Shown piece by piece: positions 33,269 through 44,674 of a DNA stretch of 64,000 bases. The notes beneath the pieces are model-generated. The model was given only the letters and a program-made list of their open reading frames with translations, ran no database searches and was not told the origin of the DNA. Position 1 is the first letter of the stretch, and every line of letters begins with the position of its first letter. Source of the DNA: Candidatus Multivoradales bacterium (GTDB lineage: Bacteria > Acidobacteriota > Thermoanaerobaculia > Multivoradales > JAHEKO01); contig CBDCXM010000009.1 of NCBI GenBank assembly GCA_965223855.1, forward strand, positions 3,008,001 through 3,072,000. The letters run 5' to 3'. The position numbers and the translations under genes are program-made.

Positions 33269-35602
33269 TCAGTTAGCAGGTGGGCGGCGACTCGATCGGC
33301 GGGAGCTGGACGACGATTCCCGGCCACCCGACCGGCGGCTGCCGGAATCGCGGCTGCCACGTGCCGAGGATCGCCGGGAAGAGCGCTCAGAAGAAGAGGC
33401 TCGAGACTCCGAGCGCTCGCGCGTCGATCCACGATCGGACGAGGCACGCGGCGGCTCGCTGCGGCGAGTGCTCGAACGCGTCGTCGAGTCACTGCTCCGC
33501 GAAGAGCGCTCCCGCGACGGCTCCGAAGCGCGGTCGGAATCTCCGCGGCGAAGGCGGTCGATCACCCGCCTGCCGACCGATTCCCGCTTCGTTGTGTAGC
33601 GGCCGGTGTCGTGGCGACCGGCGTCGTAACGCTTCGGCTCGTACCTCCCGGAGTCGACACGGCCCGTCTCGGCACGATCGGAGTCTCGACCGTCGCTACC
33701 GCGAGTGCGCACGGTCTCCCGCAGCCGGGTGGAGGAGCGACCCGACGGGGGCGAAGCCTCCGACGCTTCGCCGCGCCCATAGCGCCGCAGGTCCATCCGA
33801 TCCCGCGTGTCCGTGCGGCTCCGCGTCTCTTCGCGGCGGCTCTCGATGTCCGTCGCTTCCGGGCGCCCATGCCGCACGCGCCCCGTCACCGACCGCCGCT
33901 CTTCCGAGCGCTCGACCCGGACCCTGCCTCGCTCCACGGAGGCTTTCTCTCGTGTCCCGGGAAGCGAGCGGGCGAGACTCCGCCGGCCCCGCTCCGATTC
34001 GCTTTCGCTCCCGCGCACGACCTCTGCGCGCTTGCGAATCTCGGATCGGCTGTCGGAAGACCGGGCACCTGCGATCGCATCGGGCCGACCCCGGCGTGCG
34101 GAGCGCATATCGACGAGGGCAGTCGCCTCCGCCGTTTCCCGCCGCATCTCACGACGAGCGACGAACTCCGACACGTCTCGCAGCTCGCTGCGGGTCGTCC
34201 GCGCGTGAACCGCCTTGAGGCTCTGTTCCACGCGTCGCGGGTCCCTCAGCACGGAACGGTCGAGAGAGCGGGTGTCCGTCGCAAGCACACCTCTGGGAAT
34301 CTCCCGGTACGGCGCGTGGCGCCCCAGGTCTCGGCCGGAGCGAAAGTGGTCGCGGTAGCGCCCGCGGCCGAAGTAGCGGGTCGGGCAGAAGGTCCACTCG
34401 GCGAAGACGTTCCAGCCGCCACCTACCCATCCGTGAACCCCGAACCGCGGACCGACGCGGTAGCGGTGGCCGTGAGGGGCGTAGTGGGCCGTGTAGTAAC
34501 CCGAAGGCACCCACGCCACGTGGCTCGGCCCCCAGTACCAGTAGACCCATGCCGGCGCGTAGGAAGCCCCGGCGAACCAGATCCAGCCGTGCCCCGGAAC
34601 GAGGTCCCAGGTGCCGTAGTGGTACGGCACCCAGCCCCACGGCTCGGAGGAGACCCAGGTCAGCCCGGCCGGAGTGTAGACCCAGGAGCCGAGAGAGTAC
34701 GGGCGCCAGTCCGAGCCTACCCAAGGCCTCCAACCACGGCGGCCGCCGACGTCGACCCAGGAGCCGTAGCGCTCCATGCGGGCCGCGCGGTAGCGCAGGT
34801 TCGGTTCGACCTCCGGCACCGAGGCGAGTCTCGCCTCGGCCTCGAGATCGCTTCCCCAGGCCTCGAGCCCGCTCAGACGAGGCGCCCGGTCACGGTCGAT
34901 CGAGAGCCACTCCCGCCCGGTGAGAGTCACGCTCTCACCCGCACGCAGCAGCATCGACCCCTCGTCGGTCAGCACTTCGGCCGACCCCTCGCGGACCACC
35001 AGCTCACTGCGGTCGGTACCCGAAACGGAAACCAGGTAGCGACCCGGCGCACGGAGAAAGAACACCGTGTTGGGTGCCTCGACCTCGAGTTCCGATCCCG
35101 TCGCCATGAACTCGCCCAGCACCCACTGAGCGTCGCCTCGATCGAGCCGCACGCGGCTTCGAGAATCCTGGGAGTCCGCCGTGCCGGCCAACTGGTCGAA
35201 GAGCACCTCGGCCGGGCCTTCGAGACGGGCGATCGTCCCGTCCGCCAGCACTGCCTCGACTCGACCGCTGCCGTGAACCGACATCCAGTCGCCGGGAGCA
35301 ATCGGCTGATTCTCCGTCAGCTCGAAGGTCTCACCGTCGTGTCCCGCCTCGATCGTGCCACTCGCTTCCACGGTGCGCAGATAGGAGTACGCGTCATCCT
35401 GCCCGGCCTGCCAGTCCTGTCCAGCCTGCCAGTCCTGTCCAGCCTGCCAGTCCTGCCCGGACGCAACGCTCCAGGCGGTGACGGCCAGCAGCCCTCCCAG
35501 CAGGAGTGCCAGGAGGGGGCGCGTCGCAGGCCGGATCGCCGCAACCGGCGAAGCCGGCGTCGGAAGAGGGTGCCGCGGTAGAGGGTCTCGGGTCGCTCGC
35601 AT
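33269..35602 (-). CDS. Secreted FecR-like plus DUF6600 protein with Arg/Ser-rich disordered tail
   Basis: Signal peptide; WRPYSLGSWVY..GLTWVSSEPWGWVPYHYGTW..YAPAWV; low-complexity C-terminus. Confidence 0.82.
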   Translation of the reverse strand: MRATRDPLPRHPLPTPASPVAAIRPATRPLLALLLGGLLAVTAWSVASGQDWQAGQDWQAGQDWQAGQDDAYSYLRTVEASGTIEAGHDGETFELTENQPIAPGDWMSVHGSGRVEAVLADGTIARLEGPAEVLFDQLAGTADSQDSRSRVRLDRGDAQWVLGEFMATGSELEVEAPNTVFFLRAPGRYLVSVSGTDRSELVVREGSAEVLTDEGSMLLRAGESVTLTGREWLSIDRDRAPRLSGLEAWGSDLEAEARLASVPEVEPNLRYRAARMERYGSWVDVGGRRGWRPWVGSDWRPYSLGSWVYTPAGLTWVSSEPWGWVPYHYGTWDLVPGHGWIWFAGASYAPAWVYWYWGPSHVAWVPSGYYTAHYAPHGHRYRVGPRFGVHGWVGGGWNVFAEWTFCPTRYFGRGRYRDHFRSGRDLGRHAPYREIPRGVLATDTRSLDRSVLRDPRRVEQSLKAVHARTTRSELRDVSEFVARREMRRETAEATALVDMRSARRGRPDAIAGARSSDSRSEIRKRAEVVRGSESESERGRRSLARSLPGTREKASVERGRVRVERSEERRSVTGRVRHGRPEATDIESRREETRSRTDTRDRMDLRRYGRGEASEASPPSGRSSTRLRETVRTRGSDGRDSDRAETGRVDSGRYEPKRYDAGRHDTGRYTTKRESVGRRVIDRLRRGDSDRASEPSRERSSRSSDSTTRSSTRRSEPPRASSDRGSTRERSESRASSSERSSRRSSARGSRDSGSRRSGGRESSSSSRRSSRRPPAN
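35397..35460 (-). repeat. In-frame 18-bp tandem repeat encoding GQDWQA, about 3.5 copies
   Basis: tcctg(t/c)cc(a/g)gcctgccag units. Confidence 0.9.
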
Positions 35603-35657
35603 GGCTGTCTCCCTTCAGGAGTCTCGCGGCTCGATGGTGCCGCACGCCAGGAGATAC

Positions 35658-35674
35658 AGCAAGTTCGCTGCCAG
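35658..35674 (-). promoter_or_regulatory. Putative sigma-54 (-24/-12) promoter of the DUF6600 gene
   Basis: Minus strand CTGGCAGCGAACTTGCT, GG-N10-GC spacing, about 55 nt upstream of the ATG. Confidence 0.6.
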
Positions 35675-35779
35675 CCGGCCCGCCCCCGCCCGACCGACGA
35701 CCCTGCCCGTCGCGACTGATACTCTGCGCCTGGCGGTGCGCCGAAGTTTCGGCGACCGTCCTCTCGAGAGAACACCCTG

Positions 35780-36652
35780 GTGAAGAACTGGCTGCGCAAG
35801 GGCACACGGGGCGGCAACGAGGCGTCCCGGGAGCTCACTGTCGACGAACTCGTCTCCCTAGGGCGTCTCGAGGATGCGAGGCAAATGCTGGAGGAGCGAG
35901 TCAAGGGCTCGAGCCGCGACCGGCGCTCGCTAGTCAAGCTGGCGGAGGTGCTGCTGGCGCTCGAACGCAAGGACGAGTCTCTGGAGCTCTACGAAGCCGC
36001 CGCCAAGAGCTACGCTGCGGACGGCTTTCACGACCGGGGCATCGCCGTCCTGAGGAAGATGCTGAAGATCGCTCCCGGCCACCCTCGCGCCGCGATCTCG
36101 ATCGACCAGCTCGAGCAGGCCAAGCGGCTCGAGGCGAAGCGTGCCATCGTCCACCGCAATCTGAGCCGCACCACAGACACCGGAGCGCGCGGCTTCGACT
36201 CCCTCCAACTGGCGCAGTCGTGGCGCAACCTCTCCAAGAGCCCGCTGGTCAGGAATCTGGAGACGAATCTCCTCGGTCGGCTCTTCGCCCAGTTGAAGCC
36301 GCGCGATTTCGACCCGCAGGAAGAAATCGTCGCCCGCAAGGACGAGTTGGAAGAGCTCTTCGTCGTCGCGGAGGGCAGCGTCGAGGTCATCGAGAAGCGT
36401 GCCGACGGCGCACCGATCGTCCTGCGCACCTACGAGGCGGGTGACGTCTTCGGCGAGTCGGCGCTGCTGGAACACCAACCGTGGGCAGCGGCGCATCGCG
36501 CGCAGGGCTCGACACGACTGCTGTGTCTCGACCGCGATGGGCTGACGAAGCTGCTCCCCGGGCTCGAGGATCCGAGGGGTTTCCTCGACAGCCTCCGCAC
36601 CCAGGGCAACGACGCCTCGCTCGCCGAGATGGTCGGGCAGCGCTCCTCCTGA
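35780..36652 (+). CDS. TPR plus cyclic-nucleotide-binding domain protein
   Basis: TPR-like N-terminus; ELFVVAEGSVEV..GDVFGESALL. Confidence 0.85.
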   Translation: MKNWLRKGTRGGNEASRELTVDELVSLGRLEDARQMLEERVKGSSRDRRSLVKLAEVLLALERKDESLELYEAAAKSYAADGFHDRGIAVLRKMLKIAPGHPRAAISIDQLEQAKRLEAKRAIVHRNLSRTTDTGARGFDSLQLAQSWRNLSKSPLVRNLETNLLGRLFAQLKPRDFDPQEEIVARKDELEELFVVAEGSVEVIEKRADGAPIVLRTYEAGDVFGESALLEHQPWAAAHRAQGSTRLLCLDRDGLTKLLPGLEDPRGFLDSLRTQGNDASLAEMVGQRSS

Positions 36653-37173
36653 TGGCCGTCCTCCCGATCAGGCTCTACCCGGATCCGGTCCTGAGACAGG
36701 TCGTCGATCCGGTCTCGGAGTTCGACGACGAACTGCGCCGGCTCGCCCGCGACATGACAGAGACGATGTACGCCGCACCGGGCGTCGGTCTGGCGGCACC
36801 CCAGGTCGGCATCTCGAAGAGTCTCGCCGTCGTCGACGTGACGGTTGGCGAAGAGGAGGGCGCTCTGCTCGTCCTCGTCAATCCGGAGATCGTGGGCGAC
36901 GACGGCCGTGACACCGACCTCGAGGGGTGCCTGTCGATCCCTGACTACACCGAGAAGGTCGAGCGCCCGCTGCGCATCGGCGTGCGGTCACAGCGTCTCG
37001 ACGGCAGCCGCTTCGAGTTCGAGGCCGAGGGTTTCCTCGCCCGCGCGATCTGTCACGAGATCGACCACTTGCACGGTATTCTCTTCATCGATCGCCTTCG
37101 AGGACTGCGCAGGGAGAGGGGACGCAGAGTCCTCAAGCGCCTCAGGCGATCGTCCGCGGAGATCACGGCATGA
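36652..37173 (+). CDS. def: Peptide deformylase
   Basis: GVGLAAPQ, EGCLS, HEIDHLHG; start MAVLPIRLYPD. Confidence 0.96.
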   Translation: MAVLPIRLYPDPVLRQVVDPVSEFDDELRRLARDMTETMYAAPGVGLAAPQVGISKSLAVVDVTVGEEEGALLVLVNPEIVGDDGRDTDLEGCLSIPDYTEKVERPLRIGVRSQRLDGSRFEFEAEGFLARAICHEIDHLHGILFIDRLRGLRRERGRRVLKRLRRSSAEITA

Positions 37174-37745
37174 GACCACTTTCGAAAGCAGCAGCGGCGA
37201 TCCTCGGCGTGGCGGTGGCGATCGCCGCTCCCGGTTGCGGTGGCGGAGGCGGTGGCGGCGGCTCCACACCGCCGACCGACCCGCCACCGCCCACACGAAG
37301 CCTGATGTGGAGTTCGAACGCTCCTGGCAGCGGTCAGACGGTCTACCTCGACGTTCGCGATGTCAGCAACGTCGACCGCTTCGTGCTCCAGGTCCGCATC
37401 AGCGGAGGCGGAGACCTCTACGGGGTCGCCTTCGACATCGTCTTCCCGAGCGATCTCGTCTCGTTCGATGAGGCAGGAGTCGAAGAGGGCAACTTCCTTC
37501 CGGGGTCCTCGTTCGACACCGAGCTCCAGATCGCAGAGAGCCCGGCCGGCAACCTCGTCGTCGGCTACACCCGTGTCGGCGACGTCAGAGGGCGCAACGG
37601 CAACGGCCTGCTGCTCGAGCTCCCGTTCACCACCACACAGAGCGGAACGGCCGCCTTCCAACTCGATCCCGGTGGGGCGTTCGACAGCGGCGGCGGCGCT
37701 CAGCCCACCGACTGGCTCGGTGGCGAGCTCACCATCCGCCGCTGA
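37170..37745 (+). CDS. Lipoprotein with cohesin-like domain
   Basis: Lipobox Cys, Gly/Pro linker, LYGVAFDIVF..EGNFL..GNGLLLEL. Confidence 0.7.
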   Translation: MRPLSKAAAAILGVAVAIAAPGCGGGGGGGGSTPPTDPPPPTRSLMWSSNAPGSGQTVYLDVRDVSNVDRFVLQVRISGGGDLYGVAFDIVFPSDLVSFDEAGVEEGNFLPGSSFDTELQIAESPAGNLVVGYTRVGDVRGRNGNGLLLELPFTTTQSGTAAFQLDPGGAFDSGGGAQPTDWLGGELTIRR

Positions 37746-37777
37746 ACCGGCGCCCGTCGTTACCTCTGGAGGCTCCG

Positions 37778-39201
<1,424 letters not shown>

Positions 39202-39205
<4 letters not shown>

Positions 39206-39585
39206 GCCGGCCACGCTGGCGGGGAAGCTCACACCAGCGCGGTCGCGCCGCCGAGGACGCCGCCACGCGCTGGCTCGAACGTCGCGGCTACCGGATCGTC
39301 GAGCGCAACGTCCGCACCGCAGCGGGAGAGATCGACCTCGTCGCCGTCGACGGCGAGACGCTGTGCTTCATCGAGGTCAAGGCCCGCCAGGGCGATCGGT
39401 ACGGGCGTGCGGTGGGGTCGCTCGGCTTGCGTCAGCAGGGGAGACTCGCGCGGGCCGCGGCGCTCTTCCTTGCCGGACACGATTGGGACGGACCCTGCCG
39501 CTTCGACGTCGTCGGCCTCGAAAGGGGCCCGCAGGGATGGTCGTTCGAGCTCGTCGCCGACGCCTTCGAAGCGCCCCCCGGGTAG
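39202..39585 (+). CDS. yraN: YraN family (UPF0102) nuclease
   Basis: GRAAE, ERN, GEIDLV, FIEVKAR, RFDVV. Confidence 0.93.
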
Positions 39586-39622
39586 AGGGCGCGGACGTCT
39601 CACGACCGCCGCCCGGGCGTTC

Positions 39623-39651
39623 TTGACACCCCGCTGGCGCCTCACTATCCT
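39623..39651 (+). promoter_or_regulatory. Sigma-70 promoter of the tRNA pair
   Basis: TTGACA-N17-TATCCT. Confidence 0.75.
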
Positions 39652-39663
39652 TACCAGCCGCGA

Positions 39664-39738
39664 GCGGGAATAGCTCAGTGGTAGAGCACAACCTTGCCAA
39701 GGTTGGGGTCGCGGGTTCAAATCCCGTTTCCCGCTCCA
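39664..39738 (+). tRNA. tRNA-Gly(GCC)
   Basis: GCGGGAATAGCTCAGTGGTAGAGCACAACCTTGCCAAGGTTGG...CCCGCTCCA. Confidence 0.97.
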
Positions 39739-39786
39739 TTCACCGGACGCACCGGGGCCGCGAGGCGGCCCCGTTCTCTCGTTTCG

Positions 39787-39861
39787 GGCGACGTGGCCAA
39801 GTGGTAAGGCAAGGGTCTGCAAAACCCTCATTCGCCGGTTCGATTCCGGCCGTCGCCTCCA
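39787..39861 (+). tRNA. tRNA-Cys(GCA)
   Basis: GGCGACGTGGCCAAGTGGTAAGGCAAGGGTCTGCAAAACCCT...CGTCGCCTCCA. Confidence 0.97.
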
Positions 39862-39947
39862 TGCGACCGTCCGAGTCGTAAACCCCGGGAAGAGAGTACG
39901 AGCCCGGGCTTCTGATACCGTCTCCACCGTTCCCACGGAGACCGACC

Positions 39948-41399
39948 ATGCGCGTAGCCATGCTCAAGCCGCCGATCGGCGGCATCCTCGGCCTCGAGAT
40001 GCTCACGTTCGTCGAGCCGCTCGGCTTTCTTTGCATCGCCGGCGGGGTGGAGGAGCTCGGTCACGAGTGCAAGATCTTCGATCTGAGGATCGACGGCCTC
40101 GAGCCCGGACTCGAGGCGACGGTCGCGTTTGCTCCCGACGTCGTCGGGCTGCAGTGCAACTTCACCACCGAGCGGTTCCGCACCCTCGATCTGGCGCGCC
40201 GGGTTCGCGAACTGCTGCCCGAGGCGTTCGTCGTCGTCGGTGGCCATGACAGCTCGCGCGAGCCGGAGTGGTTCGAGCGCGAGGAGTTCGACGCCGTGGC
40301 GATCGGCGATGGGGAAGAGGTCTTCCCGCACCTGATCGACGCCCTCGAGCGCGGGAGCGACCCTGCAGAGGTCGCGGGCCTGCGCGTTCGCAGCGGCCGG
40401 GATTGGGTGACCACCGGGCCGGCGCCGGCGCGGCGCGACCTCGACACCCTGCCGATGCCGGCAAGGCACCTGATCCCGCACTACGCGCCCCACTATTACA
40501 TCAACTTCCGCAAGCCGCTCGCGTTGATGGAAACGGCGAGAGGCTGCCCCTTCAAGTGCAACTTCTGCTCGGTTTGGAAGTTCCACGAGAGCACATTCCG
40601 CGAGAAGTCGGCCGCCCGCGTGGTCGCCGAGCTCGAGCAGATCGAAGCGGACAACATCTTCATCACCGACGACATCTTCTGGCTCGATCGCAAGCGTGGG
40701 GAAGAGCTCGCCCTCGCCATCAAGGAAGCGGGAATCCGCAAGTACTTCACCGTTCAGACCCGGACCGACATCATCGTCAAGTTCCCGCACCTGATCGAGA
40801 TGTGGAAGGACTGCGGCGACCTGGCGATCTTCCTAGGCCTCGAAGCGGTGACCGACGAAGGGCTCGACTCGGTCAACAAGTCGAACACGGCGGACAACAA
40901 CGTCCGTGCGATCGAGATTCTCAAAGATCTCCAGGTCGGCTTCACTCCGAACTTCATCGTCGATCCCGGCTGGGAGCGCGAGGACTTCGCGCGGCTCAAG
41001 GACTGGATCTCGGACCAGGGGGCCTACAACAGCGGCTTCTCGGTGCTGACCCCGCTCCCTGGGACCGACCTCTGGGACGAAGCGAAAGCGCAGGTCACGA
41101 CTCACGACTGGGAGATGTACGACATCATCCACACCGTGCTGCCGACCAGGCTTCCGCTCGACGAGTTCTACGCTGAGTACTCGGCGCTGTGGCGGCACGC
41201 CCTCGACGTGCGCTACCGGATGCGGGGCAAAGCCCGCACCTACGTGCAGCTGGGCGCGGCGCTGGCGACCGGCAAGGTGAGCCTGGGCGCCGTGCGCAAG
41301 GGGATGAACATCGCCAAGGTGTTCAGCAAGCCCGAGACGTTCCTCGAAGCGCATCGTGAGCGCAACATCGGTACGGTGCCGCTCGGCGTTCAGGGCTGA
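39948..41399 (+). CDS. B12-binding radical SAM methyltransferase (HpnR-like)
   Basis: EPLG, VGGH, RGCPFKCNFC (CxxxCxxC), TPLPGT, HTVLPTRLPLDEFY. Confidence 0.88.
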   Translation: MRVAMLKPPIGGILGLEMLTFVEPLGFLCIAGGVEELGHECKIFDLRIDGLEPGLEATVAFAPDVVGLQCNFTTERFRTLDLARRVRELLPEAFVVVGGHDSSREPEWFEREEFDAVAIGDGEEVFPHLIDALERGSDPAEVAGLRVRSGRDWVTTGPAPARRDLDTLPMPARHLIPHYAPHYYINFRKPLALMETARGCPFKCNFCSVWKFHESTFREKSAARVVAELEQIEADNIFITDDIFWLDRKRGEELALAIKEAGIRKYFTVQTRTDIIVKFPHLIEMWKDCGDLAIFLGLEAVTDEGLDSVNKSNTADNNVRAIEILKDLQVGFTPNFIVDPGWEREDFARLKDWISDQGAYNSGFSVLTPLPGTDLWDEAKAQVTTHDWEMYDIIHTVLPTRLPLDEFYAEYSALWRHALDVRYRMRGKARTYVQLGAALATGKVSLGAVRKGMNIAKVFSKPETFLEAHRERNIGTVPLGVQG

Positions 41400-41444
41400 G
41401 GCGTTCAGAGCCGAGGCGTTCAGGGCTCAAGCGCTCAGGGCTGA
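41385..41444 (+). repeat. Degenerate 15-bp tandem repeat, 4 copies, overlapping the stop codon
   Basis: ggcgttcagggctga / ggcgttcagagccga / ggcgttcagggctca / agcgctcagggctga. Confidence 0.85.
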
Positions 41445-41559
41445 GCGGTCGCGGCCGACTCGAGCACCGCGATCCTGACTGCAGTTTCTCTGGGTCGGCC
41501 TGACCCGGCCGAGTCCGATGCGCGGGCTTCGCAACGCCGGATGGGCAAGGCCCGGCAAG

Positions 41560-41590
41560 AAAAAGGGCGACCCCCGAGGGAGTCGCCCTG
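41560..41590 (-). terminator. Rho-independent terminator of the peptidase gene
   Basis: Minus-strand stem AGGGCGAC...GTCGCCCT followed by a T run. Confidence 0.8.
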
Positions 41591-41612
41591 AAAGGAAGCA
41601 GTAGGGGAACGA

Positions 41613-43967
41613 TCAGTCGATCGTTTCGCTCCACTCGCTGGTGTCGCCGGACTCGAAGTCGTCCTCGAAGATGTCGGGACCCTGCGGCGTACCGCCGAGG
41701 GAGACACAGTCGCTCGCCGGGCCGAAGCACGACGGCTCGCTGTCGACCATCGGGATGACGATGTACGAGTACTCGCGCCCCTCCATGAGCTCCATGTCGG
41801 TGTAGGTCGTCCCACTGGTCGTGGTAATCAGCGTCTTGCCGAAGTCGCACTGGTGCTCACCGTCGGTCCGGTAGACGTTGTACTCGACGCTGCCCTCGGA
41901 AGTCGTCCAGCTCAGATCCGCACCCTGAACGAGGTCGGTCGCCATCAGCGTGGGAGCGGTGGTCGGGACGCCTGCGCAACCGGAGTCCTGCACCGTCGGG
42001 CCGCCGTTGCCGGCGGTGCAACCGATCTCATGGCGGTCGAAGGCCGAAGCGATCGCCTCCATGTGCGGCGTGCCGTCGGCGACATTACCGTTGTCGTCGT
42101 CGGCAGCGAGGTACTGCAGGTAGGCCTGGGTCGCACCGCAGGCCGCCGCCCCGGGGGCGGGACCGGTGCGGTCGAACCAACCCGACGCGTTGCCGGCACC
42201 GATGAAGGTCAGGCGCGTCGTCACCTCGAGGGCGGTGTTGTCGTCCATCGAGTAGAAGGTCGGCAGGTCGCGCTTGATGAGATCCCAGACGGTCTCCGAG
42301 TACGCTGCGCCGAGGCAATGTACCGTGGTGCCGCAGTTGGCCCGCACCCAGGTCAGGTCGTGCGGCACGCCGCTCGTGCGATCCGCAAAGTCTACCGAAC
42401 GGATGCCGGTGCAACCGGAAGCCGCCGTGCAGGGGTCGCCGTAGCCGCCACAGAGCTGGCCGTTCTGGAAGAACCCACGGCCGACGCACGCCTGGTTGAG
42501 GCGCAGCGCCGCGTAGATGTCGGCCATCCCTTCACCGCCACCCTGACTCGAACCGGGGATCGAGCCGTTGACGTCGAAGTCATCCATGCCGTGGCCCCAT
42601 TCGTGGTCGAAGACGCCGGCGAGCTGGCCCGTGTTGCCGCAGATGCCGGTCTCACGGAAGAACTGGATGACCGATCCGGTCCAGAACGCGTTGCACGTCT
42701 GGCTGATGTTCATCTGGGCCGTGAGCTTGTTCTGCAGCCAGGTGTTGGCCGGCAGCTGCGCGCGCGCCATCTCCTTGATGCGATTGACCTCGTAGAAGCC
42801 TGACCGCGCGGCGGCGGTGTTGCCGGCCGAACCGGCGTTCTGGCAGTCGGTGTCGCCGTCGGTGCCGCCGAGGTCTATGTCGCCGGTGTCGGTCTCGCTG
42901 ATCGCACCGCAGAACTCCTGAATGCGGACAAACTCACCGTTGAGGGTGGTCGTGACCGAGCCCGCGGCGTCGAAGTGCCCGCCCGAGTTCGTGAAGCCAC
43001 CCGTGCTCAGGTCGGCGTACGGCATCGGATAGTTCTGCACCATCGAGCCGTCCGGCGGGATACCGTCGTAGCTCACAGGATAGACGCCGCCGACGATCTT
43101 GCGATCGACGCCGTAGTGGTTGAGATCCTGGAAGGCCAGCATCTCGCCGGTGTGTGCGTCCACCAGCGCTTCCCACTGAGCGAGGTCGCCGGGGATCGAA
43201 GGATGGACCGCCCAGGCGAGGCGGTGGGCATAGCCGGCGCCCTTTCCGCTGCCCGGCAGGAGCACCAGCTCGGACGTCTGACGGAGGCTGTCGATGGAGA
43301 AGGGGCTCACGAAGCTGGTCACCGTCGCCAGGGCCGATTCGGCCGGCAGCGAAGGCGTGAGGCCGACAGCGATGTCGCCCCAGCTCTCAGCGCCGAAGAG
43401 GACGAGATTGCCGCTGTTGATCACGGCCGTGACCTTGGCGCCACGGACAGGGATGCCGGCGACGTAGCTCGATGGCATCGAGATCTGGATCAGCTCGCCG
43501 TCGTCGTGGACCGCGATGCGATGAGACAGCTCATCGACGTTGATCCGCAGCGAGTCCTTGTTGGCGGCGATGAACTCCCGCACGCGCGACCAGGCGATCT
43601 CCTCCCAGGCGGCGGTGTCGGCCGGAGCGCCAACGCCGAGACCGTCCCAGGTGAGGGCGTTGCCCACGCCGTTGCCGGGCAGGAGCGGGTGGCTCAGCAG
43701 CAACGTCCGCCAACGACCGCCGCGGCGATCGAGGAAGGCCGGAGCCGAGCCGACGCCGAGAGCATCCAGCTCGGCGCGGGCGACATTGGCGAGCGACAGC
43801 GGCAGATCGGCCACGCTGTCCGCCCGGGGCGTCGAATCCAACTCCGCCGCCACGAACGCGCGCGGCGCCAGCGGCGAGTCGTTCTCGTAGACGAACGCCC
43901 CGGCGGCACCCGCAACGGCGAGCATCAGGCCAAGGCTGACGAGAGTCCTGCTTCTTCCTACACCCAT
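41613..43967 (-). CDS. Secreted thermolysin/fungalysin-like (M4/M36) metallopeptidase with FN3-like domain and C-terminal tag
   Basis: Signal peptide, PepSY-like VDAHTGE, CNAFWTG, HEWGH, EGMAD. Confidence 0.82.
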   Translation of the reverse strand: MGVGRSRTLVSLGLMLAVAGAAGAFVYENDSPLAPRAFVAAELDSTPRADSVADLPLSLANVARAELDALGVGSAPAFLDRRGGRWRTLLLSHPLLPGNGVGNALTWDGLGVGAPADTAAWEEIAWSRVREFIAANKDSLRINVDELSHRIAVHDDGELIQISMPSSYVAGIPVRGAKVTAVINSGNLVLFGAESWGDIAVGLTPSLPAESALATVTSFVSPFSIDSLRQTSELVLLPGSGKGAGYAHRLAWAVHPSIPGDLAQWEALVDAHTGEMLAFQDLNHYGVDRKIVGGVYPVSYDGIPPDGSMVQNYPMPYADLSTGGFTNSGGHFDAAGSVTTTLNGEFVRIQEFCGAISETDTGDIDLGGTDGDTDCQNAGSAGNTAAARSGFYEVNRIKEMARAQLPANTWLQNKLTAQMNISQTCNAFWTGSVIQFFRETGICGNTGQLAGVFDHEWGHGMDDFDVNGSIPGSSQGGGEGMADIYAALRLNQACVGRGFFQNGQLCGGYGDPCTAASGCTGIRSVDFADRTSGVPHDLTWVRANCGTTVHCLGAAYSETVWDLIKRDLPTFYSMDDNTALEVTTRLTFIGAGNASGWFDRTGPAPGAAACGATQAYLQYLAADDDNGNVADGTPHMEAIASAFDRHEIGCTAGNGGPTVQDSGCAGVPTTAPTLMATDLVQGADLSWTTSEGSVEYNVYRTDGEHQCDFGKTLITTTSGTTYTDMELMEGREYSYIVIPMVDSEPSCFGPASDCVSLGGTPQGPDIFEDDFESGDTSEWSETID

Positions 43968-44318
43968 GTCGGGCATCCTCCAGTCTGCTTCTGGTTCGGG
44001 AAACGCGGACGACGTCGCGACGCCGCCGGCGATTCGGGTCGGTCTAGTGACTACTGGGGAGATTTGCACACGAGCCGACCGATTTCAAGGTAGCTGGCCA
44101 CTAGATATGGCCTCCTCCGCCTGGGACTGCCCCAAGGGATTGGGCTCGGGCGCTCCAGTAGGGTAGGCGCCAACCCCAAGCGCGCCGACCGGATCGAGCG
44201 TCGTTCGCACTCGCCACGGAATCGAGGAGCAGCACGTGTAGACTTACGCGACATTTCCATTAAGCACAACTAGCCAGCCGACGTATCTCCGCCACCGGGC
44301 TGGGAAGGGAGTTCCGGA

Positions 44319-44639
44319 ATGCCGAGCCAACCATCCTCCTCCTCAATCCGCCGGGTCGTAGGCCGTCTCGCCGTACTCGCCCTGCTGGCGGCGTTCGCCC
44401 CCCGGGCGCAGGCGCAGCCCGAAAGCGAGATCGGTGCCCGCGGCTTTCACGCCGACAAGGTGTACAACCTTTCCGGCATCGACAGCGTCAACCTCTTCAA
44501 CGGCAACCTCACCCTCGCCATCCCTCTCGGAATCGAGTACCCGGTCAGCGAGAAGCTGTCGTACCGCTTCCACCTGACCTACAACTCGTCGGCCTGGGAC
44601 TACGAGGACGTCGAGATCCCAGGAGAGGAGGTTCCGTGA
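44319..44639 (+). pseudogene. Truncated N-terminus of an RHS/YD-repeat protein
   Basis: Signal peptide plus DSVNLFNGNLTLAIPLG..LTYNS; stops just before the repeat/transposase element. Confidence 0.7.
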
Positions 44640-44674
44640 ATCGTCGAAGGGACCTTGCACCCCCCAAAGTGGTT

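Noticed and set aside
41385-41444. 15-bp tandem repeat as a regulatory array
   Set aside because: Looks like slippage duplication at a gene end, as does 14710-14747; there is no downstream promoter context.
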